The notes: a model not told the origin generated them from the sequence alone. 64,000 nt of DNA from Octopus vulgaris (GCA_951406725.2 OX597819.1:131564001-131628000); one strand, 5' to 3'. Shown: positions 37,385 through 48,774, counted from the stretch's first letter. Translations and numbers: made by a program.

Positions 37385-38055
37385 AATAATTGCCAAAATC
37401 AAAAATTTTCCAAAACTGATATACCATTAAGGGAAAGGACAGGATTGTTGTCTGGAGAGGTGAGGACAATCATAGACATGTTTCTACCTCAATAGCCATC
37501 ATCAGCATGACAATTGTCAAAATTATCTCCTGTAGCCAAAAGACTTAGACTTATACAAAAAAAGAGTAGAACATATTTATGACCTAGATAATTTTCTTAT
37601 CATTTAACATCTGTCGTCCATGCTGGCATGGGTTGGACAGTTTGACCAGGGCTGACAAGCTGGAAGGCTGCACCAGACTCCAGTCTGGTTTGGCATGGTT
37701 TCTACGGCTAGATGCCCTTCCTAATGCCAACCACTCTGAGAGTGTAATGGGTGCCATTTGTGTGACACCAGTATCTGCCACGACTGTGATTTTACTTGGC
37801 TTGATGGGTCTTCTTCTCAAGCACGACATAATGCCAAAGGTCTCAGTCATTTGTTATTGCCTCTGTGGAGCCCAACACTTGAAATAAAAATGAGTTTAGA
37901 GAAATAACTCAGAGTGGCCTATGGCATGTATTTGATATAAAAAAAAAAAACAGGTATATCAAATACCATAAAACATAAATTTGTGATTTATTGCAATTAT
38001 TTCTGCCTCTAAAAGATGTGTAATAACCAAGTGGCAATTAAGACAAACTTTGCTT
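37385..38055 (-). mobile_element. ~380-nt hammerhead-containing repeat monomer (retrozyme- or PLE pLTR-like), split by a family C insertion (37597-37882)
   Basis: Circularly permuted match to 9195-10495; contains the HHR at 37465-37518. Confidence 0.65.
37465..37518 (-). ncRNA. Minimal type I hammerhead ribozyme
   Basis: GACAA(TTG)TCATG-CTGATGA-TGGCT ATTG AGGTA-GAA-ACATGT-C-TATGATTGTC; canonical core, palindromic stem III, GUC site. Confidence 0.8.
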
Positions 38056-39007
38056 ACTCTATGGATAGAAACCCCAATAATATTTTTAACAAGGTGAATC
38101 TATGTTGTCATTCAACTTGCTGGAAATAGCAATCATACTTCTCCTAAATCACCTCCTACTGTCTTAAAAAATGGAAGGACACATTAAATAATGTTCTAGA
38201 TACACAATGGTTGAGTAGCAGGTGAAACAGTCATGGCTGGAATCCTTTTGGTTAAAGATCTGTTCAGTTAGAGGAGACCAAGGGTTAAAGATAATCTTCT
38301 AATGAGATAAAATAACCAAGTCTTCTTTAGCAGCACTAAAACACAACCATTTTATAATATATATATATATGTGTGTGACTGGCATGTAAAAAAAGCACCA
38401 TTTGAGAGTGGTTGTTGCTAGTGCGATGAGGACTGGCTCCTGTGCAGGTGGTATGTAAAAAGCACCATTTGAGCATGGCCGATGCCAGTACTGCCTGACT
38501 GGCCCTTGTGCTGGTGGCATGTAAAAGCACCTACTACACTTTTGGAGTGGTTGGTGCTTCATTGTCCACTGAGGAATGGTTTCTATGGCTGGATGCCCTT
38601 CCAAGTGCCAGTATGTCCAGGGTGCTCTTTTTCATGCCACCAGCACCTGTGAGGTTGCCATACAGCCTGGAAGACTAAGATTTCTTTCAACTGAGTGGGG
38701 CATCAGTAGAGGAGGAGGCGATGTTATGCTATGGAATGAGGGGTTGAAGCTTGAGAGAAGGATCCAGAACAGAATAGGTTTCTTGCTCTTGAGGAGCTAC
38801 ACAGCTACTCACATTATAGAAAATAGGTTCTGAATGGCCAGGATGGAGTTGGAAGAGATAAAAATAGTGGTGACCAGGTGTCAAAATATGAGGTAACCAT
38901 AAATACTGTTTCTTGCAACCTAAGGAGCTTGATCTCATAAAATCTCAAGACAGATTACTTGACAATATAACCAGCAATAATAATTAATATGATTTGATTT
39001 TTTTCAG

Positions 39008-39117
39008 TTTGTTTGAATACAATGACAATAAAATTGATTGGAATAATTTGAACATTCCAAAATGTTCTACATAAAGCTTGGGATTGTTTATTTACTTGGA
39101 CTTGTTACCTAGCCAGG
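39008..39117 (+). other. Candidate non-coding host exon
   Basis: Acceptor TTTTTTTCAG, donor AGG|GTAATT; next acceptor TGTTTTGCAG at 39240; stops in all three frames. Confidence 0.3.
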
Positions 39118-39699
39118 GTAATTTTGTTGGAAGGGAAGAATTTTATTTGAAACTTACCAGTTTTCTAGTAGTATATTTTACTATTTGGTTAATAATTAGA
39201 CCAATAATTACGATCATTTTGTTGGATGCATGTTTTGCAGATACTGAAAATCATGTAAAAATATGTGATTAATTGCGTTTGTCAAATTCGTCAGGCTTTT
39301 CCTTTTCCAGCTGACATTCATTGACTGCATATTTTATACTAAGACAATGCAAATTACTTTGGAAGCTCCTTAAAAGGCATTGTTTTCCTATGAACATATG
39401 TCATATCCTGAGACGCAGCATTGTTTAAAACATCAACTGAAATGTTTATAAAGTTTACACAATATCTTGTTGTACACTTGTACTGCTTACAGGTCTCTAC
39501 ACAATTCAGTCTTTATTTGACCTTTAAAGAACTTTGAGTATTGTGAGTGAGTTAATCGAGTTAATCTTGCTTTCAACTTGTTTGTAAAGTAATATGAATG
39601 GGCTGATTAGATCAGTGTTTATCAAAAACTGGGTTAACCAACATATGCTTTAAATTTGTTCCAGTGACTGCCGAATAACTGAAGTGCACAGATCATACT

Positions 39700-39764
<65 letters not shown>

Positions 39765-40507
39765 TAATATTGCTATAATATGCTTCATTTATCTTTCGTG
39801 TCAGGTGCTTGTTGCTCAAACCTGTAATGAAAAGCATTCTAGCCACAACCACCATGTCTTCTCTCAGATATTGTGTAGCCCAAACTATATTATCCAAAAT
39901 GTCCTTAACACATGCAGTAAAGTGGAATTTGAGGGAAATTTAGCTACTACTTCTAGAAGGTACTTTCCAGTTATTATTGTTAATGAAATGGAAAATAATA
40001 TGTATATAAGTTTGACTTGGAATTGTTTTCATTAGTGTTATATATTTGACAATCTTCATCCAACATACCATATGTTTGATTATTTCTGTTCGTTAAGGTG
40101 GTGGATCAACAGAATCATTAGAGCAGTAATTGTTTTGACTCTTTACATTCTGAGTTCAAATCCCACCAAGCTTAGCTTTCATCCTTTCATGGTCTATAAA
40201 TAAACTACCAGTCATCAGGTACGAGAGCTGATACTATCAACTGTTCCTCTTTCTCTCCAATTTTTGGCCTTTTTTGCCTTTAGTACACATTATTCCTTTC
40301 ATAACTAAAAGCTTAAAATCTCTGTTACATTTATTTGTTTTATGTAGACATTTAAAATTCTATTATATTTATGCGTTTGTGACTATATTTGTCGTACCCC
40401 AGTGATTTGAATATAGGTTCATAAATTGGCAGCTAACATTTGTAAAACAAGCTGGTGTCAACAGATGTGGGCGATCACTTTTCAAACCAATCAGCTGCTG
40501 CATCTAT

Positions 40508-41035
40508 CATAATGAGATTATTGTATACAGGGCTCAGGTGCACCACAACTTGTCAAAAGTGCATATAAAGCATATGCAGTAATGTACAAATGTCTGGGAA
40601 GCGAACAGTGTATGAGTCAGATACATGCTTGCGTGTGTACGGAGGGGAGAAAGTCAGGTGTAGTGTTGGTGAATCTCAGGAAGCATGGAAGTTTTGAAGG
40701 ATGCAGTGCTCCGACAACTAACAACTGATGCCGGCAGTTTGTTCCATGCTTCAGCAACTCTTTGTGTGAAAAAAAAATGTTTCTGAAAGTCATTGGAGCT
40801 GTGCTGTTTTCTGACTTTGTAAACATGTCCACGGGTGTTAGACGGGTGGAGTTTGAAAAGGTGCTCAGAGTTATTGTTTGTAAGCTGGTTAATAATTTTA
40901 TGGGTGTCTGCCAAGTCAGCTGCCAGACGTCGGAGTTTCAATGTATCCATGACCAGGGAAGTAAGGCATTCAGAATATGGCAAATGCCTGATGGAGGGTA
41001 TTCTCTTGGTTGCACGTCGTTGAACAGTTTCCAGA
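40508..41035 (-). mobile_element. CR1-type LINE 3' fragment
   Basis: LPYSE..LRRLAADL..NTRGHVYKV..FFTQRVAEAWNKLPASVV; same family as 56458-57594. Confidence 0.9.
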
Positions 41036-41784
41036 CGATGAATATCCAGACAGTTTCCAGACGATTATATCATCACTTTTCTAATTAATTAGTGACACAG
41101 ACCAATGCTATGTTCACAAACATTGCTCTACTGAATGATGATGTTGCAAAAACTTAGCAACTGAAATTATTGGTTGTATCTGTTGATTATGAAGCCCAGT
41201 CCTTTGTGGTAGTAGGACTGGTCCACATGGCTCAGACAAGCAGTTTTATGTTGCAGTGTACCCTTTGGCACAGCAAAGATACCAGAGGGTGCAGTTGTCA
41301 TGGCAACAGATGCAGTAGCTATGGACTGCTGATCAGTTATAAAATCGATTAGGTATACACTGTAAAGTGGGTGGTGTTAGGACATCCAACTGTAGAAACG
41401 ATACCAAAGCTGACACGACCTATTGGGTCCTGTCAAAACATCCAACCCATCACAGCATGGAAAATGGATGTTAATTGATGGTGATGATGACAACAAAAGA
41501 ATCGTTGCATTAGTGAAGAACAGCTAACTGAAACTCTTAATCCCTCTTATTTCTATTTTTGTATTAAATCAGCTCCTTTTTCAGTTTGGTTTTATTAAGA
41601 CTCTAACCCTGGATGGGTCGTTCTCTGGTTTACTCTCAGGGTTTTAGTCTTTCTGATTTGGTTGGATTTTTCTCATTTCGAGTCGGTTGTTGTGATAGTT
41701 TCAAATGCCTTGAAACTAAGAAAATTAAAGAATATATATCTATATACATATATATCTCTCTATACAATATGTTACATTATTCGG

Positions 41785-41858
41785 TAGTCAAGATAAAACT
41801 CTGAGTTTCAGATGCCGAAGTGGAAATCCACAACACCATCTCTTCGGTTATCTGGCTA
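41785..41858 (-). ncRNA. Minimal type I hammerhead ribozyme in the PLE pLTR (U4C variant)
   Basis: TAGCCAGATAA-CCGAAGA-GATG..CATC-T-GAA-ACTCAGAGT-T-TTATCTTGACTA. Confidence 0.75.
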
Positions 41859-42035
41859 TTTGAAAACGTTATGAAAAAATACCGTTAAATAAAGGGAAAT
41901 TACTCTGTTATAACTCTGCTTGCCTGCGTACTTATACATCGCTCGCATTTTTCGTCATAAAAATTATATAAAAATACATAAAAAATATATAAAAATATAT
42001 AAATTCTTCTTGGGACATAACATAGAAGGCATGTT

Positions 42036-42935
42036 CTATCTGTTTTCTTTAGGGGACCAAAAACGTAACAGAAATTTAGTCACATGTGGGCATGATCCAA
42101 AAAGCTCTGTCCTTGTATTTAGACATGTAGTAGGGTCTAAGCTGCTTTTCCAGATAAGCCATTTCTCCATGTCGCATAGACCGCACCTTCCGCTGCCGTT
42201 AGTATAGGGCTTACATCTGGCCAAAATCTTCCATTGTATGTTATAATCGACACCTTTATCTCTTAAAGACCAAATATGATTAGACAATTGTGTCGCTTTT
42301 CTTTTGTTCCAGTGCCTAAAGCTCAAAGTGTGGTTATTGAACCTGGCCTTGAAATTACCCTCTGTAAGGCCCACGTATTTCTTCGTCGAAACGGTGTCTT
42401 TAGTGGTTATAGAGTTTACGGTAGCTTCATATATGATGGTCTTGGACATGCAAGCTCCATTTAGCGGGCACAATTCTTTATTCCTGCATGAACAGCTGTT
42501 TTCTTCTTGTGTTTTTTGTATGTTATGTTTGATTATGTTTTTAAAATTGGTAGTTGAACTAAAACTAATTTTTAAATTGTGTCTATTGAAGAGTTTCCTA
42601 TAAGTATGGTTAACTGGAAAATGTCTATCTATCAGTGCTAGGAAATATTTACCTATATTGAAGGCCACCTCGGGTGAGTAAGGGGGCGTAAACCAGATGA
42701 CCTTCCTATTTCTATTATTCCTTTTCCTTACTGTTGGGCTAGTGATAGGTGTATATTTTATTTTATCACTAAAACCACTATCTTTTAAAGCCTTATTATA
42801 AACTGGGGCAACGCTATTGAAGATGTCCTCATCAGATGAGAGGCTAGAAATCCTCTTACTAATATTTTTAACTAAATTTTTGAATACTATAGGGGGATGG
42901 CATGAACCTACATTAATATAACTTAGTCTAGGTTC
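42036..42935 (-). CDS. PLE polyprotein C-terminus: RT thumb, Cys-rich linker, GIY-YIG endonuclease (5'-truncated)
   Basis: SCHPP, VIWFTPPYS, CSCRNKELCPLNGAC, IIYEA..KYVGLTE..FKARFNNH, CGLCDMEK, LNTRTELFGSCPH; no internal stops; the track's ATG comes from the inversion junction. Confidence 0.9.
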   Translation of the reverse strand, partial: EPRLSYINVGSCHPPIVFKNLVKNISKRISSLSSDEDIFNSVAPVYNKALKDSGFSDKIKYTPITSPTVRKRNNRNRKVIWFTPPYSPEVAFNIGKYFLALIDRHFPVNHTYRKLFNRHNLKISFSSTTNFKNIIKHNIQKTQEENSCSCRNKELCPLNGACMSKTIIYEATVNSITTKDTVSTKKYVGLTEGNFKARFNNHTLSFRHWNKRKATQLSNHIWSLRDKGVDYNIQWKILARCKPYTNGSGRCGLCDMEKWLIWKSSLDPTTCLNTRTELFGSCPHVTKFLLRFWSPKENR

Positions 42936-43029
42936 ATGTAGGTTCATGCCATCCCCCTATAGTATTCAAAAATTTAGTTAAAAATATTAGTAAGAGGATT
43001 TCTAGCCTCTCATCTGATGATACATCTTA

Positions 43030-43277
43030 TGGAGTTTCTACCTACACCTTTTCTACATATCAAGTAGGGCCACCTACCTGAAGGGGTGTGTGGTGACTTA
43101 GCCTTCTTACTTACTAGAACTTTGGTCTTTGCTACATTGACTTAGAATCAATTCTAGAATCAATTCTAAACCTAGCTTCCACACACGAAATTTCTTCTCT
43201 AGTTCCGGTAGTGATTCTGCTATGAGGGCTAAGTCATCAGCATAGAGGAGCTCCCAGGGGCATCCTGTCTTGAATTC

Positions 43278-43281
<4 letters not shown>
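43030..43281 (-). mobile_element. RTE-clade LINE RT fragment
   Basis: TEEFKTGCPWELLYADDLALIAESLPELEKKFRVWK. Confidence 0.9.
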
Positions 43282-43329
<48 letters not shown>

Positions 43330-43331
<2 letters not shown>

Positions 43332-43825
43332 GAGTGTGATCGTTGCCAGAGCAGCAACCTGGCTTCCATGCCGGTGGGACGTAAAAAGCACCATTTGAGC
43401 GTGATTGTTACCAGTATTGCCTTACTGGCACTTGTGCCGGTAGCATGTAAAAAAACATTTGAGCGACGTCATTGCCAGTGCTGCTGGACTGGCTCCTGTG
43501 CACGTGGCATGTAAAAAACACCATTTGAGCATGGCCGTTGCCAGTACTGCCTGACTGGTTCTCTTGCTGGTGGCACGTAAAAGCACCCACTATACTCTCG
43601 GAGTGGTTGGCATTAGGAAGGGCATCTAGCTGTAGAAACTCTGCCAGATGAGATTGGAGCCTGGTGCAGCCATCTGGTTTGCCAGTCCTCAGTCAAAATC
43701 CTCAGTCAAATCGTCCAACTCATGCCAGCATGGAAAGCAGATGTTAAACGATGATGATGATGATGATGATATATATCATCATCATCATCATCATTTAACG
43801 TCCGCTTTCCATGCTAGCATGGGTT
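43330..43825 (+). mobile_element. Family C retroposon with internal ~66-bp repeats and an inverted tail partner (43776-43825)
   Basis: Repeated GTAAAAA(G)CACCATTTGAGC..GCCAGT..ACTGG; (GAT)n-(AT)-(ATC)n centre. Confidence 0.88.
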
Positions 43826-43907
43826 ATATATATATATATATATATATATTTAAGTAGGTGAATGAATTATCCTATGTTTATCGTCAGCATGTTGTCGAGA
43901 GAGGCTC

Positions 43908-43998
43908 CCTTTCTTTCCTGATGAGAAGATTGCATAATGCACCCTTTATTCCTTTGGAATGAAAACAGGCTGTCTTCGAAACATGTCGAGAGTAAAGG
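43908..43998 (+). ncRNA. Minimal type I hammerhead ribozyme with extended stem II, intact core
   Basis: CCTTTCTTTC-CTGATGA-GAAGA...TCTTC-GAA-ACATGT-C-GAGAG(T)AAAGG; predicted cleavage after 43987. Confidence 0.85.
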
Positions 43999-44034
43999 AA
44001 TTTTGTTAACATCTTCGTTCGACTCCATTCTTTC

Positions 44035-44073
<39 letters not shown>

Positions 44074-44742
44074 CACATATATATACATATATTTATGTAG
44101 GGTTTTAGTCGAAGAAATCAATCCTAGGACTTTTTTAAAGCCTAGTACTTATTCTATTGGTCTCCTTTGCTGAACCGCTAAGTTATGAGTATGTAAACAC
44201 TAGTTGTCAAGTGGTAGTTGTAGAACAAACACACACAAACAATGCACACACACACACACACTCACACACACTCACACACACACACACTCACACACACACT
44301 CACACACACACACACACACATACATACGACGGGCTTCTTTCAGTTTGTTGACTAAATCAACTCATAAGACCATAGTCAGCCCAAGGCTAGAGTAGAAGAC
44401 ACTTGCCCAAGGTGCCATGCATTGGGACTGAACCTGGGACCGTGTGATTGGGAAGCAAGCTTCTTACCACAGAGTTCTGCCTGTATATATAATAAATATA
44501 TAATATGTATAATATGAGCAATAATTATTGCTACTCACTAAGGTGACTCATTTTAGATATTTGTATAGGCCAGTGCCCCTCCCCCATGTTAACAATTTAA
44601 ATGGGATTTACTACAGAAGGTGGGGAGTTCTAATCAGTTCATATTTAACCTTGGCACATCATGAGTCATGTTTCTGTTCATGGATAATACAATGTCGGCA
44701 ATGTTGACAAAGATTTTTTTTTAAGTATCTTAACAAAATAAA

Positions 44743-45130
44743 TAGGCGCAGGAGTGGCTGTGTGGTAAGTAGCTTGCTTACCAACCACATGGCTCCGGGT
44801 TCAGTCCCACTGCGTGGCATCTTGGGCAAGTGTCTTCTGCTATAGCCCCGGGCCGACCAATGCCTTGTGAGTGGATTTGGTAGACGGAAACTGAAAGAAG
44901 CCTGTCGTGTATATATATATATATGTATATATGTGTGTGTCCTCCTAGCATTGCTTGAAAACAGATGTTGGTGTGTTTACGTCCCCGTCACTTAGCAGTT
45001 CGGCAAAAGAGACCAATAGAATAAGTACTGGGCTTACAAAGAATAAGTTCCGGGGTCGAGCTGCTCGATTAAAGGCGGTGCTCCAGCATGGCCACAGTCA
45101 AATGACTGAAACAAGTAAAAGATAAAAGAA
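44743..45130 (+). mobile_element. SINE family A, young full-length copy
   Basis: Near-identical to 852-1245. Confidence 0.92.
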
Positions 45131-45199
45131 AGATAATTGTACCTGCTTATAATATTTTATTTCTCACTATTTGAAACTATTAGCCACACCTTCATCACC

Positions 45200-46137
45200 A
45201 TTACCATCCTTTAACGTCCGTTGTCCATGCTGGCATGGGTTGGATGGTTTGACCAGGGCTGTTAAGCTGAGGGGCTGCACCAGACTCCAGTCTGATTTGG
45301 CATGGTTTCTATGGCTGGATGCCCTTCCTAACGCCAACCACTCTGAGAGTGTAATGGGTGCTTCTGTGTGTCACCGGCATGACACCAGTATCTGCCATAA
45401 CTACGATTTCACTTGGCTTGATAGGTCTTCTTCTCAAACAAGGCACATTGCCAAAGGTCTCGGTCATTTGTCATTGCCTCCATGTGGCCCAATGTTCATT
45501 CATGTACCATTCATGCAACACTGGCATCAGGCACATTGCCTCTGTGAGACCCAATGCTCAACAGGTGCTTTTTATGTGTCACTGGGATGGGTACCAATTA
45601 CATGACACTAGCATTGGCCATGACTATGATTTCACTTAGCTTGACAGGTCTTCTCAAGCACGCCCTATTGTGTCCTTCAAATAATATATATATATATATA
45701 CATATATATATAGTACCTTTCAATCATTGGGCAATGAACTGTGCTTGAGCAAACCTGTTGAGTCAAGTGAAGTCATTGCTGTGACCGATGTCAGTACCAC
45801 CTGACTGGCTCCTGTGCCAGTGGCATTTAAAAAGCACCATTCAAGTGTAGTCATTGCCAGTGCCCCTGACTGGTTCTTGTACTGGAGGCATGTAAAAAGC
45901 ACCATCCAAGCGTGGTCGATGCCAGTACTGCTGGACTGGCCCCCATGCTGGTGGCACATAAAAAGCACCCACTACATTCTTGGAGTGGTTGATGTTAGGA
46001 AGGGCATTCAGCTGTAGAAACCTCTGCCAGATCAGATTGGAGCTTGGTGCAGCCTTCTGGCTTGCCAGCCCTCAGTCGAACCGTCCAACCCATGCCAACA
46101 TGGAAATCGGACGTTAAACCACGGTGATAATGATGAT
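45200..46137. mobile_element. Head-to-head pair of family C elements (minus 45200-45670, plus 45740-46137)
   Basis: Tail motif present in both orientations. Confidence 0.85.
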
Positions 46138-46149
46138 ATCTGTGTATTA

Positions 46150-46510
46150 TTCTTTTACTCGTTTCAGTCATTTGACTGTGGCCATGCTGGAGCACCACCT
46201 TTAGTCGAACAAATCAACCCCAGGACTTAATCTTTGTTAGCCTAGTACTTATTCTTTTGGTCTCTTTTGCCAAACCACTAAGTTACAGGGACGCAAACAC
46301 ACCAGCATCGGTTGTCAAGCGACGTTGGGGACACACACATATATATATGACAGGCTTCTTTCAGTTTCTGTCCACCAAATCCACTCACAAGGCTTTGGTC
46401 GGCCCGAGGCTATAGCAGAAGACACTTGCCTAAGGTGCCACGCAGTGGGACTGAACCTGGAACCATGTGGTTGGTAAGCAAGCTACTTACCACACAGTCA
46501 CTTCTGCACC
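46150..46510 (-). mobile_element. SINE family A
   Basis: Reverse complement of the family consensus. Confidence 0.9.
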
Positions 46511-46876
46511 TATTATATATTGTTATATTTGGGGACGGTCAGTTTGCCAGTAAACACATGCACTATTTATTTGATCTTCACTTTAGCTTTATTTTTATTA
46601 TTAGTTTATTAGAGTTCTTACATCACATTCTGTGACCCCATCAATGACTGCCTGTTTTTTGTTTCTCCTCTTCTCTCTGGTCCCATCTATTTCATCTTGT
46701 CTTTTTAAACATACACACACACACACACACATTCATTCATCCATTGCACACACAGATATAGGTGTGGCCATGTTGTTAAAATGTTTGGCCACGTGGTTTC
46801 TGGTGTAGTTCCAGTATGTGACACCTTGAGCAAGTGTCTTTTACTATAGTTCCAGGCTGACCCGCAAACACACACA

Positions 46877-47520
46877 CATCATCATCATCATTGTTTAACA
46901 TCTGCTTTCCATGCTGGCATGGGTTGGACGGTTTGACTGAATACTGATAAGCCAGGGATCCACAGCAAATTCTAATCTGATTTGGCAAGGTTTCTATGGC
47001 TGGGTGCCCTTCCTAATACCAACCACTCCAAAAGTGTAGTGGGTGCTTTTGAAGTTCCACCCCATTGATGTAATATTGACATTAGCCATAACTACAATCT
47101 CACTTCGCTTGACAGGTCTACACAAGCGGGGTATGTTGCCAAAGGTCTCAGTCACCTGTCACTGCCTCCATGAAGTCCTGCACTCAAACAGTGTTTTATA
47201 CATGCCACCAGCACAGGTGCCAGTCAGATGGCACTGGCATCAGCCATGACTACGATTTTACTTGGCTTCACAGGTCTTCTCAAGCACAGCATATTGCCTA
47301 ACAATTAAAGGGTGCTGTTTATGTGCCAGTTACGCAACACTGGCATCGGCTATGACTATGGTCTCACTTGGCTTGATGTGTCTTCTCAAGCATGGCATAT
47401 CGTCAAAGGTCTCAGTCACTTGTCATTGCCTCTGTGAGGCTCAACATTCAAAGATCATGCCTCAACACCTTGTCCCATGTCTTCCTGGGTCTACCTCTTC
47501 CACAGGTTCCCTCCATCTTT
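46877..47520 (-). mobile_element. Family C retroposon with internal modules
   Basis: (CAT)n tail, GCCCTTCCTAAT motif, repeated GGTCTTCTCAAGCA..AAAGGTCTCAGTCAC. Confidence 0.8.
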
Positions 47521-48774
47521 TGAGTGCAGCACATCTTCACACATGCATTTTATATCAGCAGCAGCATCGTCATTTCTTTTTATTGTTCCCTTTTCCATGC
47601 TTTCATGGGTCAGATGGTGGTTGGGGTTATTGAGACAGATATTCTTTGACAGGTTGTCCTTCCTGTTGCCACCCCTGTCACCTGTTTCCAAGCATGGTAA
47701 TATTTCCCCATGGCCAGAGATGTTCTAGAATATTGGAAATGAATGACACTGCTGATGTGAAATGACACTTTTATCTCAAGAGATATACACACACACACAC
47801 ACACATGCATGTATATGTGTATATACATATACGCGTAAGCATGGCTGTGTGGTAAGAAGTTTGCTTCCAAACCACATGGTTCTGGGTTCGGTCCCAATGT
47901 AGGGCACCTTGGGCCAGACTTCTACTATCGCCTTGGCCCAACCAAACCCTAGTGGGTGGATTTGGTAGATGAAAACTGAAAGAAGCCTGTTGTGCAGGTG
48001 TGTGTGTGTGTGTGTGTGTGTGCCCCACCACCATTTCACAACTGGTGTTGGTGTGTTTATGTCTCTGTAACATAATGGTTCAGCAAAACAAACAAAAAAC
48101 AACAATAGAACAAGTACTAGGCTTGTAAAAGAAAACAAAAAACAAATCCTGGGGTCAATTTGTTTGGTTAAAATACTTCAAGGTGGTGCTCCAGCATGGC
48201 TGCAGTCTAAGGATTAAAACAAGCAAAATATAAAAGATATATATGTATGATGATGGTGGTGGTGGCGGTGGTGGCAGTATACATACGCCAAACTTCTTTC
48301 TGCTTCCATCTACCTCACAACCATGCCTGTACCTAGTCATACTTCCATATGTATTTGGTGTCTTTTTCTTTTTGGGTTGTTACTTTAATGATTGGGATAG
48401 TATGTTTTCAATACAACATGCTTATGAAGAGATTTTCATCTTAGCACCAAGCCTTTCAGTGGCAATGATGCACAGAGGGCCTTTTTAATTTAAATGCTGT
48501 TTCTTTTGCCTTTACCAAGTATTTCTGCAGTCCAGCAAGCCCTTCACGATACCTTTTCTACTCTATGCACAAAGCCCAAAATTTTTGGGGAGCACGCTAG
48601 TCGATTAGATCGACCCCAGTACACAACTGGTACTTAAGCCCTCCACAATACCATTGAAAGTATTATTCACTGCTTCTTATATATTGGAGCATGAATTTCA
48701 TTTTATCAAGGGACAAACAGGTGTGCAGCATTGGTAAGCGCCAATTAGGATGAAACTTATTTGTTGTTCTCAAT

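Larger units (their letters stand above)
41500..43028 (-). mobile_element. 5'-truncated Penelope-like element (Neptune type) with pLTR and 5' inversion
   Basis: GIY-YIG ORF, downstream HHR, inverted duplication 42820-43028; left boundary approximate. Confidence 0.85.

Noticed and set aside
40068-40090. miR-190-like ATATGTTTGAT
   Set aside because: 5' seed mismatch and no partner arm
43370-43590. Regularly spaced repeats resembling a CRISPR array
   Set aside because: The spacers are homologous to each other; these are tandem modules of a eukaryotic retroposon
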